From Eledone cirrhosa (lineage: Eukaryota): a DNA stretch of 64,000 nucleotides. Under the pieces are notes generated by a model. The model made no database searches and was not told the origin of the DNA. It saw nothing but the letters and a program-made list of their open reading frames with translations. The stretch lies in NCBI GenBank assembly GCA_964016885.1, contig OZ024747.1, forward strand, positions 70,804,001-70,868,000, in the 5' to 3' direction. Shown here piece after piece: positions 50,816 to 64,000 of this stretch; the first letter of the stretch is position 1, and every line of letters begins with the position of its first letter. The position numbers and the translations under genes are program-made.

Positions 50816-51199
50816 TATATATATATATATATATAAATACGTTTGAGTTGATAAATAGTGTGAGAGAGAGAGCGAGAGAGAAAGAGCGAGAGGGATAGAG
50901 AGATAGATAATTCAATTGGAGTTCTAATCTCGGAATAATCTTCTGTACCTCAATGTTCGAAACTATATACTGATTTCTATACTGTAACACCGGTGACTGT
51001 GATTCTGTATTACACTCACTAAAAAGTTTCACAATTTCTGTTTCCATCTTATAGGAGACCCCACTCTCTTTTTCGTTTTTGGAGTACACTTCTAGTGGAA
51101 ACATTTTCATGCTTTTTTCTTCTTTTTGCGGAACTATGTTTAAAACATTATTGATAACAGTTATATTAAAAATATATTAAAAACCAGTAAGAAAAAATC

Positions 51200-52300
51200 C
51201 GATTCCGATTTTACTTGCTGTTGTTGTTGCTGCAGGCTGGGTGTTGACAATAGTGCAGATTTACGTTCTTTTATTCTTTACTTTGGACAGAAATTCTTTA
51301 GATGAGTGTTTCCACCGCATATTACATCGAGGCTGCTTCCCATCGACAGCTATGAATAGTTGTCTGCCATTTGGTAGCTCGATGATATAGGAAATCTTTC
51401 TTAGCTATCACTCATTCATTTGGAGCAGAAGCTTCATCCGCAAACCGCTCCAGCTCCACTGGCATAATGTTTGAATTTGGAGGACGTTTTCAATATCCTC
51501 TTCGTCCTTCACGATGGCTGCTAGTACCCAGGGTATTTTTTTTTATCTCGGGAGGAACATTTTTTATTGTAACATTGTTACATATTTGCCCATGTATGTT
51601 GGGATCAGCAGAAAATTCTCACTCTTTAAAGATTTGATAGAATGAACCTTCGCTTCGATTTCCGACGCGAATCTCACATCTATCATCCCGTACTCTCTTC
51701 CTCTCGAGAAAAAGGCTTTCTGTTTCCATATTTCACTTAATATATGTTGTGCTTCCTGCATAGAGGGTCGCCCCGGCGTTTGCTGCGGAGATCTACACGT
51801 TTATTGTACATTTCTCTACATTGGCAATTATCTCCTCCGGCACTGCTAGTTGTACTTTGCTGCCGTTTCTTTGAATCAGAAGTCCACCTTGTTGCTCGCG
51901 GCTGTCTTTGCTGCGACACTGTATTGGCATTTTCCTTTGATAACAATGTTGTTGTTGTTGTTGTCGATGTCTTTGGCGGCAGTGGGAGTGGTACTGAGTA
52001 GGAAACCCTTCAACGTCTGTAGCTATGGTTTTGTTGTTGTTGTCGTTGGGAGTACAATTGTCACCAACTTTATTGACAGCTTCTAAAACTGCTGTGTCAT
52101 TCCTTTTATTCTTTTCAGCAGCTTTTAAAAATGCTGACTCATCGTGTTTGCCAGAGAAAAAACTGGCCATTTTTTGAATTTTGGAGGAAAATGATAAGAA
52201 AATTCTACTTTGGAACGGGCTAAAACGCCCGTTCCACGAGGGTTAATGAAAAGAATATTTTTTTCGGCAGATAGAACACAGCCTTTCGTAATTGGTTAGG
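51200..52300 (-). pseudogene. Decayed gag-like LINE ORF1 (L1/Tx1-like) with CCHC knuckle
   Basis: Broken frames MASFFSGK..., SRGREYGMIDVRF...LLIPTYMGK, and at about 51285-51350 VDGKQPRC/xICGGNTHLKNFCP (C-x2-C-x4-H-x4-C across a frameshift). Confidence 0.6.
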
Positions 52301-52389
52301 TCGAAATTTTGTTACAGTTGTTGCTAAAGTATAAACAAAAGACTTAACAGCAGCAAAGATAGCGTGACATTATCCCTCGTGTAATAATT

Positions 52390-52700
52390 GTTTCTGCTTC
52401 TGGCACAAGGCCAGCATTTATCCTAGTGTGTTACTGGTACTTTATTTTATCGACCCCGTAAGGATGAAAGGCAAAGTTAACCGGTGTCTGATGTAAGCAC
52501 AAGGCCAACGATATTATGGAGGGGAAAGGGGTTAAAATCAACCCTAATGTGTTACTGGTATTTTATTTCATAAACCCTCTACGGATGAAAGGTAAAGCTA
52601 ACTCTGGCAGGATTTGAAATTAGAAGGTAAAGGGTTGTAACTCTATTCCACAAAGTATGTTGTCCGACGCCCTACCAATTCTGCCAATCCACCGCCCTAA
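52390..52700 (-). mobile_element. tRNA-derived SINE with duplicated core
   Basis: Two copies of TTACTGGTA(C/T)TTTATTT...GGATGAAAGG and head GCCAATCCACCGCC. Confidence 0.8.
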
Positions 52701-53578
52701 ATAATACTAACAATAATTCATCTTATTATGTATATTTATTATACAGGGGTTGCAACGAGCAATGGTATGCAGCAACGATAGCCAACCTGTGCTTAGGAAA
52801 GCATTTATATTTAATTCTTGTATTATTAAATTAACTATTTCTCATTGCATAATATTTTGTTCAATACAACGAAAAGCTTTCAAGAATATTTATTAAATCT
52901 TCAGATATTAATCTGTGTGGATCTATAGGATATGTCTACATTATAATTTATTTCTAAGACTGCATACTTCTAATCTACTCACGTAGGTTAACAGACAATT
53001 GAAAGCAGTTGAACAACTGCAGATTTTTTTTTAATCTATCAAAATTCTCACCCTTAACTTTCTGCGTCTTGGCAGAGTTTTTAATACCGAGGGTAGAATT
53101 CTGCGTGTGTTCTTCACATTTCCTACCAAAGTTATTAGAGGCGGATGGAAACACAAGAGGTTAATGACATTAGAACAAGGAAATAAATACTCATTCTCTC
53201 TTATATACACATGTAAAGACCAGGTCCGAACTCGGGAGGCTATGGTAGAAATGAATTTCTTAAGAAGCCAAGCCAGTAGTATCGAGAACGCAACCATGTA
53301 GTTACGAAGCCATTGATTTCGTATCTTTTGTAAACATACTGGTGTTAAGATTTATGTCCCTTTGCTTTTCTCTTCATAACAGATGCGGGAAAGTCATCTG
53401 TATACCATCAGCTGGGTTTTTACCCACTTTAGTTTTCCAACTACACATTAAGTCTAACTGCTCAGCGCCATCATAGGTCTGATGTCTATTCAGCTAAAAT
53501 TCTATATATGCACGCGGACGTGTGTGAATGTACCTGTATATATATATGTTTTTGATATGAAATCGTGTGTCGAAACAA

Positions 53579-53915
53579 ATATTGTTATACTTGGGAAGGG
53601 TCATATTGTTGTAATACTATTGCCAGAAATAATAACAGAACACACTCAATGTTTGGTTGGTTTTCGCTTCTGCATCTTTTATATCTCCATAGTTAATTCA
53701 TTTGGCCATCAATGTTTATCATTGATTGACCAACAGTCAAAAATACAGATATAAACACATATATATAGTCTAACAAAGTTCTTTCATTGCACATCTGCAA
53801 CATTATCAGATACAAAAGATGCAGAAGCGAAAACCAACCAAACAGTGAATGTATTCTGTTATTATTTCTGGAAATAGTATTACAAAAATATGACCCTCCC
53901 CAAGTATAACAATAT
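53579..53915. mobile_element. Palindromic element sharing termini with the 30-kb element; one degenerate hammerhead-like core
   Basis: Arms 53579-53686 and 53808-53915. Terminus ATATTGTTATACTTGGGAAGGGTCAT. Minus 53774-53810 reads CTGATAA-T-GTTGCA-gatg-TGCAAT-GAAA-GAAC-TT-TG. Confidence 0.82.
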
Positions 53916-53931
53916 ATATATAATATATATA

Positions 53932-53998
<67 letters not shown>

Positions 53999-54000
53999 CA

Positions 54001-54075
<75 letters not shown>

Positions 54076-54869
54076 GTGTGTATGACTGCTTCTGTAGGAT
54101 CGTGTATCTCTGTGTTTGTGTGAGTGTGTGTGTTTGTGCGAATGTAATGTGTACATGATTTTTGTATGCGAGTGTACAATGTGTGACCCCCAGATGTGGA
54201 TCTACAGACGTAACAGTAGATCTATAAGATTAATTATTTTATTGTTTATGATGAAAAGTGAAAGACACGAGACAATTGACAGAAAGCTAATTTGCAATTA
54301 GTGGTAGAATCCAGTTGATAAACATAAACTCATTTGTTGTCGTATCTTTATCGCTATTTCGGTTGTTCTTAAAACGAACATACTCCATTTAATATAGCTA
54401 ACCAATCAATTACGAACACTTGTGGATAATTTCTCGTATTATAACCGCCGTAAAATTTGATATGTAATTATATTTTTATCACATTTCCCCTACGCTAATA
54501 TCATTGCTCTAGCTTAGTTGTGCTAAAACTCTCGTTGCATAGTTGCCGAAATATGTACGAAATATTAAGCTTACATAATTATTGTTGGTCTTCCTACTAC
54601 ACCGATAAAACGAACAATGTATATTTGAAGCATTTCAGCTGCTCTTTATATATACATAATTGCCTTGATTCAACTAATGCATGTATAGATTTAATTTCCT
54701 ATCACTTGACAGCTGTAGCTTATATAATTACTTACATCAGAATTGTTTTACCTGTAGACTTTCTGCTTGAGATTGCCATTCTACTTTTCATACGCATTAT
54801 CAGTTATATTGAGAATGCTAATATAACAGAGATAACCATTTGTGCTTTTAATGTTATTTAAGAAGGATA

Positions 54870-55030
54870 GTGGATTGGCAGACTCGTTAAAGTGTCGGAC
54901 AAAATTGTCAGCAGTATTCGTTCCCGCTGGTTACGTTCTGAGTTCAAATATCACAGAAGATAATTTTGCCTCTCGTCCTTTCTGGGTCCATAAAATATAG
55001 CACCAATAAAATACTGTTGTCAATTTAATC
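54870..55030 (+). mobile_element. Diverged tRNA-derived SINE
   Basis: GTGGATTGGCAGACTCGTTAAAGTGTCGGAC head and GAGTTCAAAT B-box. Confidence 0.7.
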
Positions 55031-58000
55031 GAGTACTCCGTCCCACCACATAAAAAAACAACAAAACAAAAACTAATGATGTTGTAAGAATTCAATATGT
55101 AAGAATTCAATATGTTAACTAAGCAGTGTGGTGCTTTGGCAGAATAATTTTAACGTTTGGAAAAATGACTTTTAGTATCTATGAGACGTACAATCCCCTG
55201 GGTATTTGAGCAAAATAAAAGTTGTCTTTGTGTGTGTTAAGAATTCATACTGATTTAGAGTAATGTGTACTTCTACAGGAGCAAAAGTTTGCTGTTACGG
55301 CAAGGAATCGATAGGATTGCAGAGGATACACTGAAGAATTTCTCAGAGGTTTTTGTCCGACGACTTTCAGTGTCACTGACATTGATTAAAAGCCAAGTTT
55401 ACTTTAATTGGTGACGACTGCGCCGATGTTTAATTAGTCACTGAACGTACCTTAGTATGTAAGCGTCGGATGTTTGCATGCAAATTAATGCAGTCAAATT
55501 GAAGATCATATCGACTTTCATCTCACCTACCGAAAAAGGCTCTGCAATACTCAATTGTGAGATCCTGTAATAAGTCAATCAATTCAAGTATTTCAGCTCC
55601 ACCTTCACTGCTGTATCAAGTTAAAGATGATACAGATGTCCGCAAAAAGCATATGTGTGCTGCATACTGTCGTCTTAAAAGCTAGTTTCTGTCAAGGACA
55701 GAGATCTTTGGCCCAAAACGTCTTGTGAATCCAGAAAATATCATTCAGCTAAAATTTTTATACAAAAATGTTACAATGCAAGTGGTGTCTGAAGAGAAAA
55801 ATATTTGTAGAGTGTGCTGCTTATTTAACAGAGTTTGTTGGTTCAGGAAGAACGAAGTTCAAATGAAAACAGAATAGATTTAAGAGAGAGATAAAGAGCT
55901 GGAGAAAGAGAAAAAGAAAGAGAGAGAGATGCAAGTGTTAAATTGCTATGTTCCACTAACTTTTACTATATTAATAATATTTTTAAAAGTTTAATCTAGT
56001 AGCAATAATCATGCCCGACTATATGTCTTATTCTGATACAAAACACTACGAGTACATTTCACGTGCAAATGGAAGGCAATCTTTAAATATATACGAAAAG
56101 CAGCTATAAACATGGAATTCTGAATACTGGAAAAGATAGCCTAAGGCATATATTTCATAGGTCATATTCTAGTTATTAGTAATGAATATATAAGAAATGC
56201 TTCATCTATGAATATCTAGCTACCTGAATAAAATGCATTTATTCAGGTAGCTAAGAAGATAGATATTATATTTAAGCAAGAGCTCTTGGATTTCACTGTG
56301 AATACATTTATCGGCGAGATGACATCTTGCAAGAAAGATGAACAAATAAATGCAACAGCAGCAGAAGCAACAACATTAACACTGTACGATTTGACTTTTA
56401 TATAAATGGCTTGCTTATTTTATTCATCATATATGAAGACAAAAGCAATGTCACTTAAATTCCGCCAACCAACTAGAAATCACAATCTTTAAGTTTAAAT
56501 TATTACGTAAATTAGAAAATGTTTTGTTTTTTTTCGTTTTATCTTTTATCTAACTTTCAAAATTATATATTATTTGCAACATGACGTAGCTCAGAAAGAA
56601 GAGCCAAGAAATAAACTGGCAAAGAAGCATGTTAAATGAGACGTATTACTGAATAGTCTAAAAGGAAGAACACTCACACATATATGTGTACACACACACA
56701 CAAACACATATATATATGAGTGTATATTTATATATATAGAGAGAGAGAGTGGTTGAGCAGCTATAAATCTGTTTGGTATTCAGCCATATATTTGCTGACC
56801 AGTTTAGTAGTAAGGTGTCGTAATTACGTATCACGTCCCAACGCAGGTGTCACTATCTCCTACCATTAATCCATCAATACATCACTTCGTGTCACTTCTA
56901 TGCTGCTTTTTCTTATTTTCTTCTCACCTACTGACTTTCTCTTGAATTTTTGTATGGTTCACACTATTTCTTCCTTCGGTTTTCTCCATTCGTTATATGC
57001 TTTCTTTCTTGCCAAACACTTTCTCGGGTGTCATTTCTTTTTGTTTTATTAATAATGCGCTTCCTTTTCCTCTTTGAACATAAATTTCCACGTAGCCATA
57101 ACTTTTCATATTTTTTCTCTACTTTTTAAAATCTCGTTGCTATATATTAACTACCATTCCTCGTCATTTTATTGTTTTCATAGACATTTTATTTTTTCCC
57201 TATTTTTTTTCATTTTCTTCTCTGCATGTGGTCTATGAACTGTCATTGCCTGCTGTCATAATCGAGTGACCAAGATAAATAGGAATGTCATGTTTAGAAA
57301 CAATCTTTTCCATTTTCTATCAGCTGAGCGGCATTCATTGATGTCAGCCAGCAGTCATCTCTCATCGTTCGTGATGCAGTTGTCTACAAACACACTTGTC
57401 TATTTCCGAATGCTTACAATCATATCACTGCTGATATCAGTTACCAACACCGAATTCCGAGTATGTATGTGAGAATGAAATACTGCCATCTACCATTCAT
57501 ACACACATACAATCTTACGTCACACCCATATAAACATATACACACAGTCGGACTTTGTTGCTTTACAAAGTTCGACGGAAACACATCGCAAATTTTATAG
57601 GATTACATTGCCGAAGCTATCTCTCAAGGGCAAATAAGAGAGAATTATATCGATAAAACCTATTTAATGTCCGCTAGATGAATATGCGTCAGTGGCCACT
57701 TACATTTTGGATAAGATCACCAAGTTCATGAACCAGTATTTCATTTTTCATCGCCAAATAGAAACAGAGGAGAAATTGTTAGAATGTGCCTTGACGAAGA
57801 GATGGAATAAAAAAAATCACAGACAGAAAATAAAACGAAAGCTTTTAATTTAATGTCTGGAATATATTAGTTTTTGGTAGAAATAAATGTAAAAATGGAA
57901 TCACGATAAGTGATAAATGATAATGTAAAATAAGAAAGTAAAAATACAGACAAAAATGGAGAACAACAAATGAGAAATGTGATGTTTGCTTCAAGGGTCG

Positions 58001-60206
58001 AATAATAAAAGGCGAAAAAACAAACAAACAAAGAAACAAAAAAGTGTAATGAGTTGCCGGACATTAGCTGGACATCAGAGATAAACTATCCATCAGATGA
58101 GTTGTAAACTTCAATAGTGAGAGGCATGTACTGTTCCCAGTATAGCATACTTGGCAGTAAAAATGTATTTCATTTTCAGAAAGAAAAAAAAAAGTAGTTT
58201 AGAAGTGGAAACTGACTAAAGATAAAATCTGTAGGTTTGCTGTGTGGCGAAGAAGACAATTAGTTAACTTTATTGGTTACATGGGAATGAATGTCTCCGA
58301 TTGACACTCGCAACCTTATCTTGGTTTCCCAAGAAAGGAAAGCATACTTTTAAGAGATCATAATATAAAAGAAAAGTATTGACGTAAAATTTTTATTAAC
58401 CGATCTATTTGAGGAGGCAAACACAGTCGTATCCAAAAGTAATCCACCATTTCCAACAAATGATATTAGCCACAGAGGAAATTCACTAGAAATTTTTGCT
58501 GTTAATGTAATCGCAGCTTATAGCATCATCATCAACATGACCAATCACCTCTAACATTATCATTATTATCAACAGTATCAGCAGCTTTCGCATTAATACC
58601 GCAGTGTGGTGGATGCTATTTAGTAGAGGATTCAAAATAAAGGTCCTTGAAAAATACGTCGATGGGAATAATTTCGTCAATCAGTGACGTTGTTTACAGT
58701 TGAGTTCAGTTATCTCTTGTTAATGGTTCTGTAAGTCCACCTTCGGTTTCAGAGTAATCCTACCTATTTCATTCCCAATCATATATATTATAACCACTAT
58801 CTAGAATCACTTAACAGATGAATTGCATAAGTGACATAAGATTTTTGGTCAACAACAAGAATATTTTTTGTTGTTGTTTAATTACTGAACAGTAAAAACA
58901 AACTTTTACTTTGATTAACCCTTTTAGCATCATACGATTGTGTCATACAAGACTAATTCCACTGCTACTTCATAAATAACACTGAAATGTATAGAAATAT
59001 AGTTGAATATATAAACAATCATTATATCCTTGTTCATATCATCCCCTATGCGTTAACATATATCAGTAAAGTACAGACTTGTATTTGCAACTAATATTCT
59101 ATCTCATAGACGACAAAAGAATCCAATATCTCTGTCTTATTTCGCATTTATTATATGAAAATAACAACACCTGAATCATATAATTAAGAGAGTTTCAAGA
59201 TTTTTCAATGACATCAATGGCAATACTTGATTAGGTACACTTCACAATTGAAAAGGTTGATTGTAAACTTGTTTTGCCACGTGATTACTGTTTACCTTAC
59301 CATGCATACAATAGTCCATTTTGAAAATGGGAATAGAAACTCTATATTTTAGAGTACAAAAGGGTAGATTTGGCAATCACTTGACTTGCTAGAAGCCAAA
59401 TCTTTCGAATTTGCTCCTTGCCAACTTCCTGATATATGAGAAAAAAACAAAACACAAAACGTATTTATATGACTGGAACACATTTAACCATACCTCTATT
59501 TATTTCCAGGCTCGTCCAGGGCACATTAAAAACAGCAACCCTATATTTTATCTATCATGAATATATGAACACTATATAATGTGAAATGAATGAAAGTGAC
59601 AAGGAAAACCATGACATCATTATTTAATCCTTGGCGCTTGTCACCCTAAATTTAGGGATAAATATTACCGGTGGCTATGATAGGCCCTCATTCTAGGCGA
59701 AGGAAAACTCTGAGACTCGATGGCAGCGCAATGATGTTGATCAGTTCTTCGTAGGAATACCTGTCACCGTTGTTCAGACAGTGGGAGTTGTCCTGTGCAT
59801 GACCTTTCTTCACTTACAAATGCTTCAAGCACTTTATTTAATATTCATGCGTGAGCACAGCCTTTTGTCCTTTTTTTCCTGCAGCATAGGCAAAAATGAA
59901 TCCACGTCCTTGGGGGGACTAAAAAGAAACTTTTGTGTACACTATATATAAGAAAAAGTTTAGTGGCTAGCAATTCTCGAAGCCGTGATGTAGCCATTAC
60001 GTATGTACATTTATGTGTTTGTATATCAACATCAATCTATAAATCATCTGCTTAAATCAAAATTGTTAAAACTGCCAGTTCTAATTTCTCATATCCGAGA
60101 TAGTCATTATATTTGCTGCATATACTGGTTCGCGTAAAAAATATTTCCATTTTCCTGATCTATTGCAATCCATGAAATTCAAACTAGGAACATAGAACAA
60201 ACTTCG

Positions 60207-60239
<33 letters not shown>

Positions 60240-60243
<4 letters not shown>

Positions 60244-61420
60244 GACATATTTTTGAGTTTGTTTCGGGTGGCTTTTTTCCCTCTCAGGTATTTCATCAGC
60301 AAATGGATATCCTGATGGATGATGTTGTATGCCTCTGTATTTCGTGGGCTGCGTTGATATATAAGATAATATATTGTGAGTATCACCCGTCTTTCTTGGT
60401 TTTCGTAATTCTTGACTACCTCTCGTTTTTGCAGATTTTATTTTATTAATAGTGGATTGGCAGTATCAGTATAGGGTCTGATGCCATGCTTTGATGGATA
60501 GAGTTACGGCCATTCTGAGTTCAAATCCCGCCGAGGTTAACTTTGCCTTTCATCCTTACGGGGTCGATAAAATAAAGTACCAGTAATGCACTGGGTAATT
60601 GCTGGCCTTGTGCCAAATGTAGAAACAATTATTTGAATTAATATTATTGTTGATTTGAAGTTGATGTTAGTTTCGATGTTTATGTCAAGATGACTAAAAT
60701 GAGTTATTGTTTTTAGTATATCATATTGTAATTTAGATGCTCTGATTTATGTTGTTTTCGTATTTCTTGAATATATGTCGTTTTTACAAGTTGTATTCTG
60801 CTATCAACTAACGTTACTGAGTATTGTACTTCGACTAATCTACTCTTTCCTTCTGTAAGTTTAAAAGGTATATTTATTTTGTACATTTCGAATTTCATAA
60901 AAAAATAACAGATATGGTTTTGAGTATGTTCTTTTGAATTATATGGTCTAGTTAATTGGAAATTGAGTAGTGTTGTTTATGTTATTGATTAGGGTTTTAA
61001 GCTCATTGAGTTGATCCCGATTCTATGTCCATAGGATAAATTGTAGCACATTTTGTGGCTATTTATTACAGTTATTTCCGAAAAATCTGGATGGCTCCAA
61101 AATGTGAACTTCTAAGTATATCATATCAAGATTAGTAGAACGTTGGTGCCCATCAACCTCCCATATGGTATATGGTATGGTGTAGACTCGTACTTCCTGA
61201 TTGAGTCGTAGGAGTGCCATATTGACATATGGCGTTTCTTGTGCTTTTTATAACCTGGCGGAGCCCATTCCTCTCCAGGCCTAAGTACAGCAGATTTCTT
61301 CCAGAGTAGGATAGAAAGTAAGAAAAGTAGAAAAAGATTTACATATATTGGACCTTCGGCCTTAATAATTGACTTTCCATTTTAAACTTACTGAGGGCCA
61401 TCTTTTTCTCAATGTTTCTC
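60240..61420 (-). pseudogene. Highly decayed Penelope-like RT remnant interrupted by a SINE
   Basis: Fragments MGTN/TNLDMIYLEVHI, DQLNELKTLINNINNTTQF and KINIPFKLT are collinear with the PLE RT at 21118-22050 (MGTK..ANLVMGYLE, EKLKEFHTLINGLNTNINF, KINIPYNLA). Confidence 0.65.
60450..60630 (+). mobile_element. tRNA-derived SINE
   Basis: GAGTTCAAATCCCGCCGAGGTTAACTTTGCCTTTCATCCTTACGGGGTCGATAAAATAAAGTACCAG. Confidence 0.85.
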
Positions 61421-64000
61421 TGCTGTTCTGGTTTATTTGAAATGGATTTATTTGGAGATTTCTGAGAATATCATCAGTCGAGTTCCTTCACCTTCCTTTT
61501 CATTATTTTTAGTTTGTTCTTTCGAGCAGACGTTGGGCACTGTATTGTTCATTGCGTGGTAAGTACATAGGAAAATAGATTGTTTTCTATGCAAGTAGAA
61601 CTATAAGGCTTTAGGATGAATTGTTTTAAAAATTAAAATCTCGTACTAGGTTTACAATTTGTTTTCGTCTATGATTTTACAAACTAAAAAAAAAAATGGT
61701 AATAATAAAACATAATGAAAATTGAAAAGTTCGATAAAACAAGAAACATTTTAATAATAATAATCCTGATGAAACTGTAAAGATCAGCACAATAAATCAC
61801 AATTAAAATATAAAATTTATTCAAACAAACACGGGTAGCATGACAATTTCATGAAAACAATGGTAAATATACCATTTTCTGAACCACAAAATATCAGAAC
61901 AATTTAAGGTGAGGAACTCATGAGACACGTATTAACATTAATTGAACTGGATATTGGAGGACATTGGTGCATTGATGTGACATTAAGAATCTTGTTGGAA
62001 AACTAAAGTTTGGAAGAATCATAAAAGAATAGCAAGTTTTATTTAATGCTTTCGATGAAGGTGTTAATAAAACCTGCAGGTGTTGAATGTACAGCTAATT
62101 ATTATCAGCTATTAAAACTTAAGTAGATTCTATTTCTCTGTCAATGTTGGACGTTTCGTGTCTAATTGGTACACAGAAGCAATTTAAACATTAAAATAAA
62201 TCTCTTTTGTTTAATCGTTGTTTAAATATTTGTCATAAGTGGGATTCTACAGACAAAAATGTGACATCTAATTTGATAAGACATATCAACTAAAATGTGG
62301 CAAGACAGAAACTAAGAGATTAAATTGTTGTCAACAACATCTAGAGAGTAAATTATTGTTGCTTCAATACACTACAGGGAAGGCAATCGAATTCTTACTT
62401 TAGAGACGTATTTATACCGACTGTTACGAAATTACATTTGGTTGACTGTTGGGCAGTCATCATACTACAATATAAACGGAATATAAATGTAATTTAAATG
62501 TCTCCATAACTCCAGAGTCTCATTAGAACTAGCTTTTGACACACTGAATCTCTTAGAGAATTACATGAAGGGCACAGGTATCTGTGGAATACTCAGCCAA
62601 TTACATGCGTTAATTTCACAAGGAAGCTGTTCCGTTGATCGAACCGATAGAGCACTCACCGAAACCGACCGAGGGTCACTTCCAAATAAATGTTTACAGT
62701 GGATAATAACCAGCTCTAGAACCTGGTGGAAATGATCATGATTTCATCTGGAATATAAAAATGTGTATAACATTAAAGGAAATGTGTGTGACAAAACATA
62801 TTTATGTAGTTTCAAATAGCAAGAAGCAACGCATTTATATCTGAGAACAATAACGTATCTAAAGACACTGAATTAGAAGAGAATCATCCATACAAATACT
62901 TACGATAGTTTGACATTAAAAGGTTACAACACAGAATTGAGGGAGAAATTGTTTTTCAAAAGAGTAGTACCAAACAGTGAGACTAATATTAAAACTTAAC
63001 TCAAAGCTATGAATAGATAACAAACATCTGTTATAACCTCCAGCTTAAATAAAATAATAAATTGGAATTTAAATTATTTGAATACCTAAGACAAAATACA
63101 ACTGGAAAAATAATAACAGCGATCTGAAACTACCCAGTTAAACCTGGTATATATTTAATATACAAACGACACGCACAGGGGGGGGGGGGTGAGTTAAATG
63201 GAGAACTGCTTCTTAGCCCCAAATCACTGTTGAATAGATTTTACCGATGAGATAGCTCAATGTAATGAAAAATATGAACTTACAATTTGTAGACTGACGA
63301 TCTACCTATTAAGCCAACTCTGGCTCTCCTCTCCCAAAACAGAACTAACCATTAATAGCAAAGTTTTTAAATGTCAAACAAAAACGTGTATGTTGATACT
63401 AGCGTATTTAAACGAAAATATATATTTGTTACGACGTAAAATATAATACAGAGAAATTGGTGATTAATGCCACTTTCGTGCAAATTCAGCTTCGTTAGAA
63501 TGCAGATGAATGTTCGATAGCTTTTTGAAGAGTTTGGTGATCCTGAAAATTCGCTGTTTATTTGCTAAGAAAATTTCTGATAGTTTCCATTTATATAGCA
63601 AAAGTGAGACAAAGCAGCACATCTGAAAAACCCAAAGTAGGTTTATTGTAATAAGTGTTAGCGCCATAACGTACTTCAAATATACGCAGAAGAAAAACAA
63701 GTAAAGATAGAAAGAAGCAAAATATAAAACTATGTTTCTGCAATCTTAATACGATGATCAAACTGGTCATATAAATATCCTCCAAGCTTTTTGCGCATCC
63801 AATCATCCCGAAAACTATACAATAATTTCTTTACACTTCTATTATCACAGTAGAAGAAATGTATTTGCTTTTCGCCTGAGATTCTGTTCATTTCCATCAA
63901 TATCAGTATTGCTTTTAGATATATTTTGATACGGATGTCAATAAAATAGTTTGGTGCATCTGTCAGATAAAGTTTTCATTCCTGATTTTCTGTCATGCTG

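Noticed and set aside
61765-61795. CTGATGA near the decayed PLE
   Set aside because: No following GAAA or stem III.

Overview
This is eukaryotic, AT-rich, repeat-dominated DNA with no prokaryotic features. The SINE families and heavy (TA)n/(CA)n load resemble an octopus or other cephalopod genome; that assignment comes from recognition, not a search. The only long intact ORF is an RTE-clade LINE (80-3199, minus: APE endonuclease, RT, embedded PHD-like zinc finger). The rest is decayed LINEs (CR1-like, RTE, Penelope-like, a CCHC ORF1), mariner remnants, tandem non-autonomous Helitrons and many tRNA-derived SINEs. The standout signal is about ten fold-back (inverted-repeat) structures, most next to (TA)n/(CA)n tracts, several carrying hammerhead-ribozyme cores. 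One is a canonical type I hammerhead (13519-13607, minus). Others are palindromes at 23.2, 25.7 and 30.0 kb with a hammerhead-like core on both arms, one per polarity; a related palindrome at 53.6 kb has a single degenerate core. A candidate Helentron-like composite (46457-50070/50815) carries a PHD-ORF1 fragment, a 2A-like NPGP ORF and minisatellites. No host gene is confidently identified. Coordinates were read by eye, so edges of decayed repeats are approximate.
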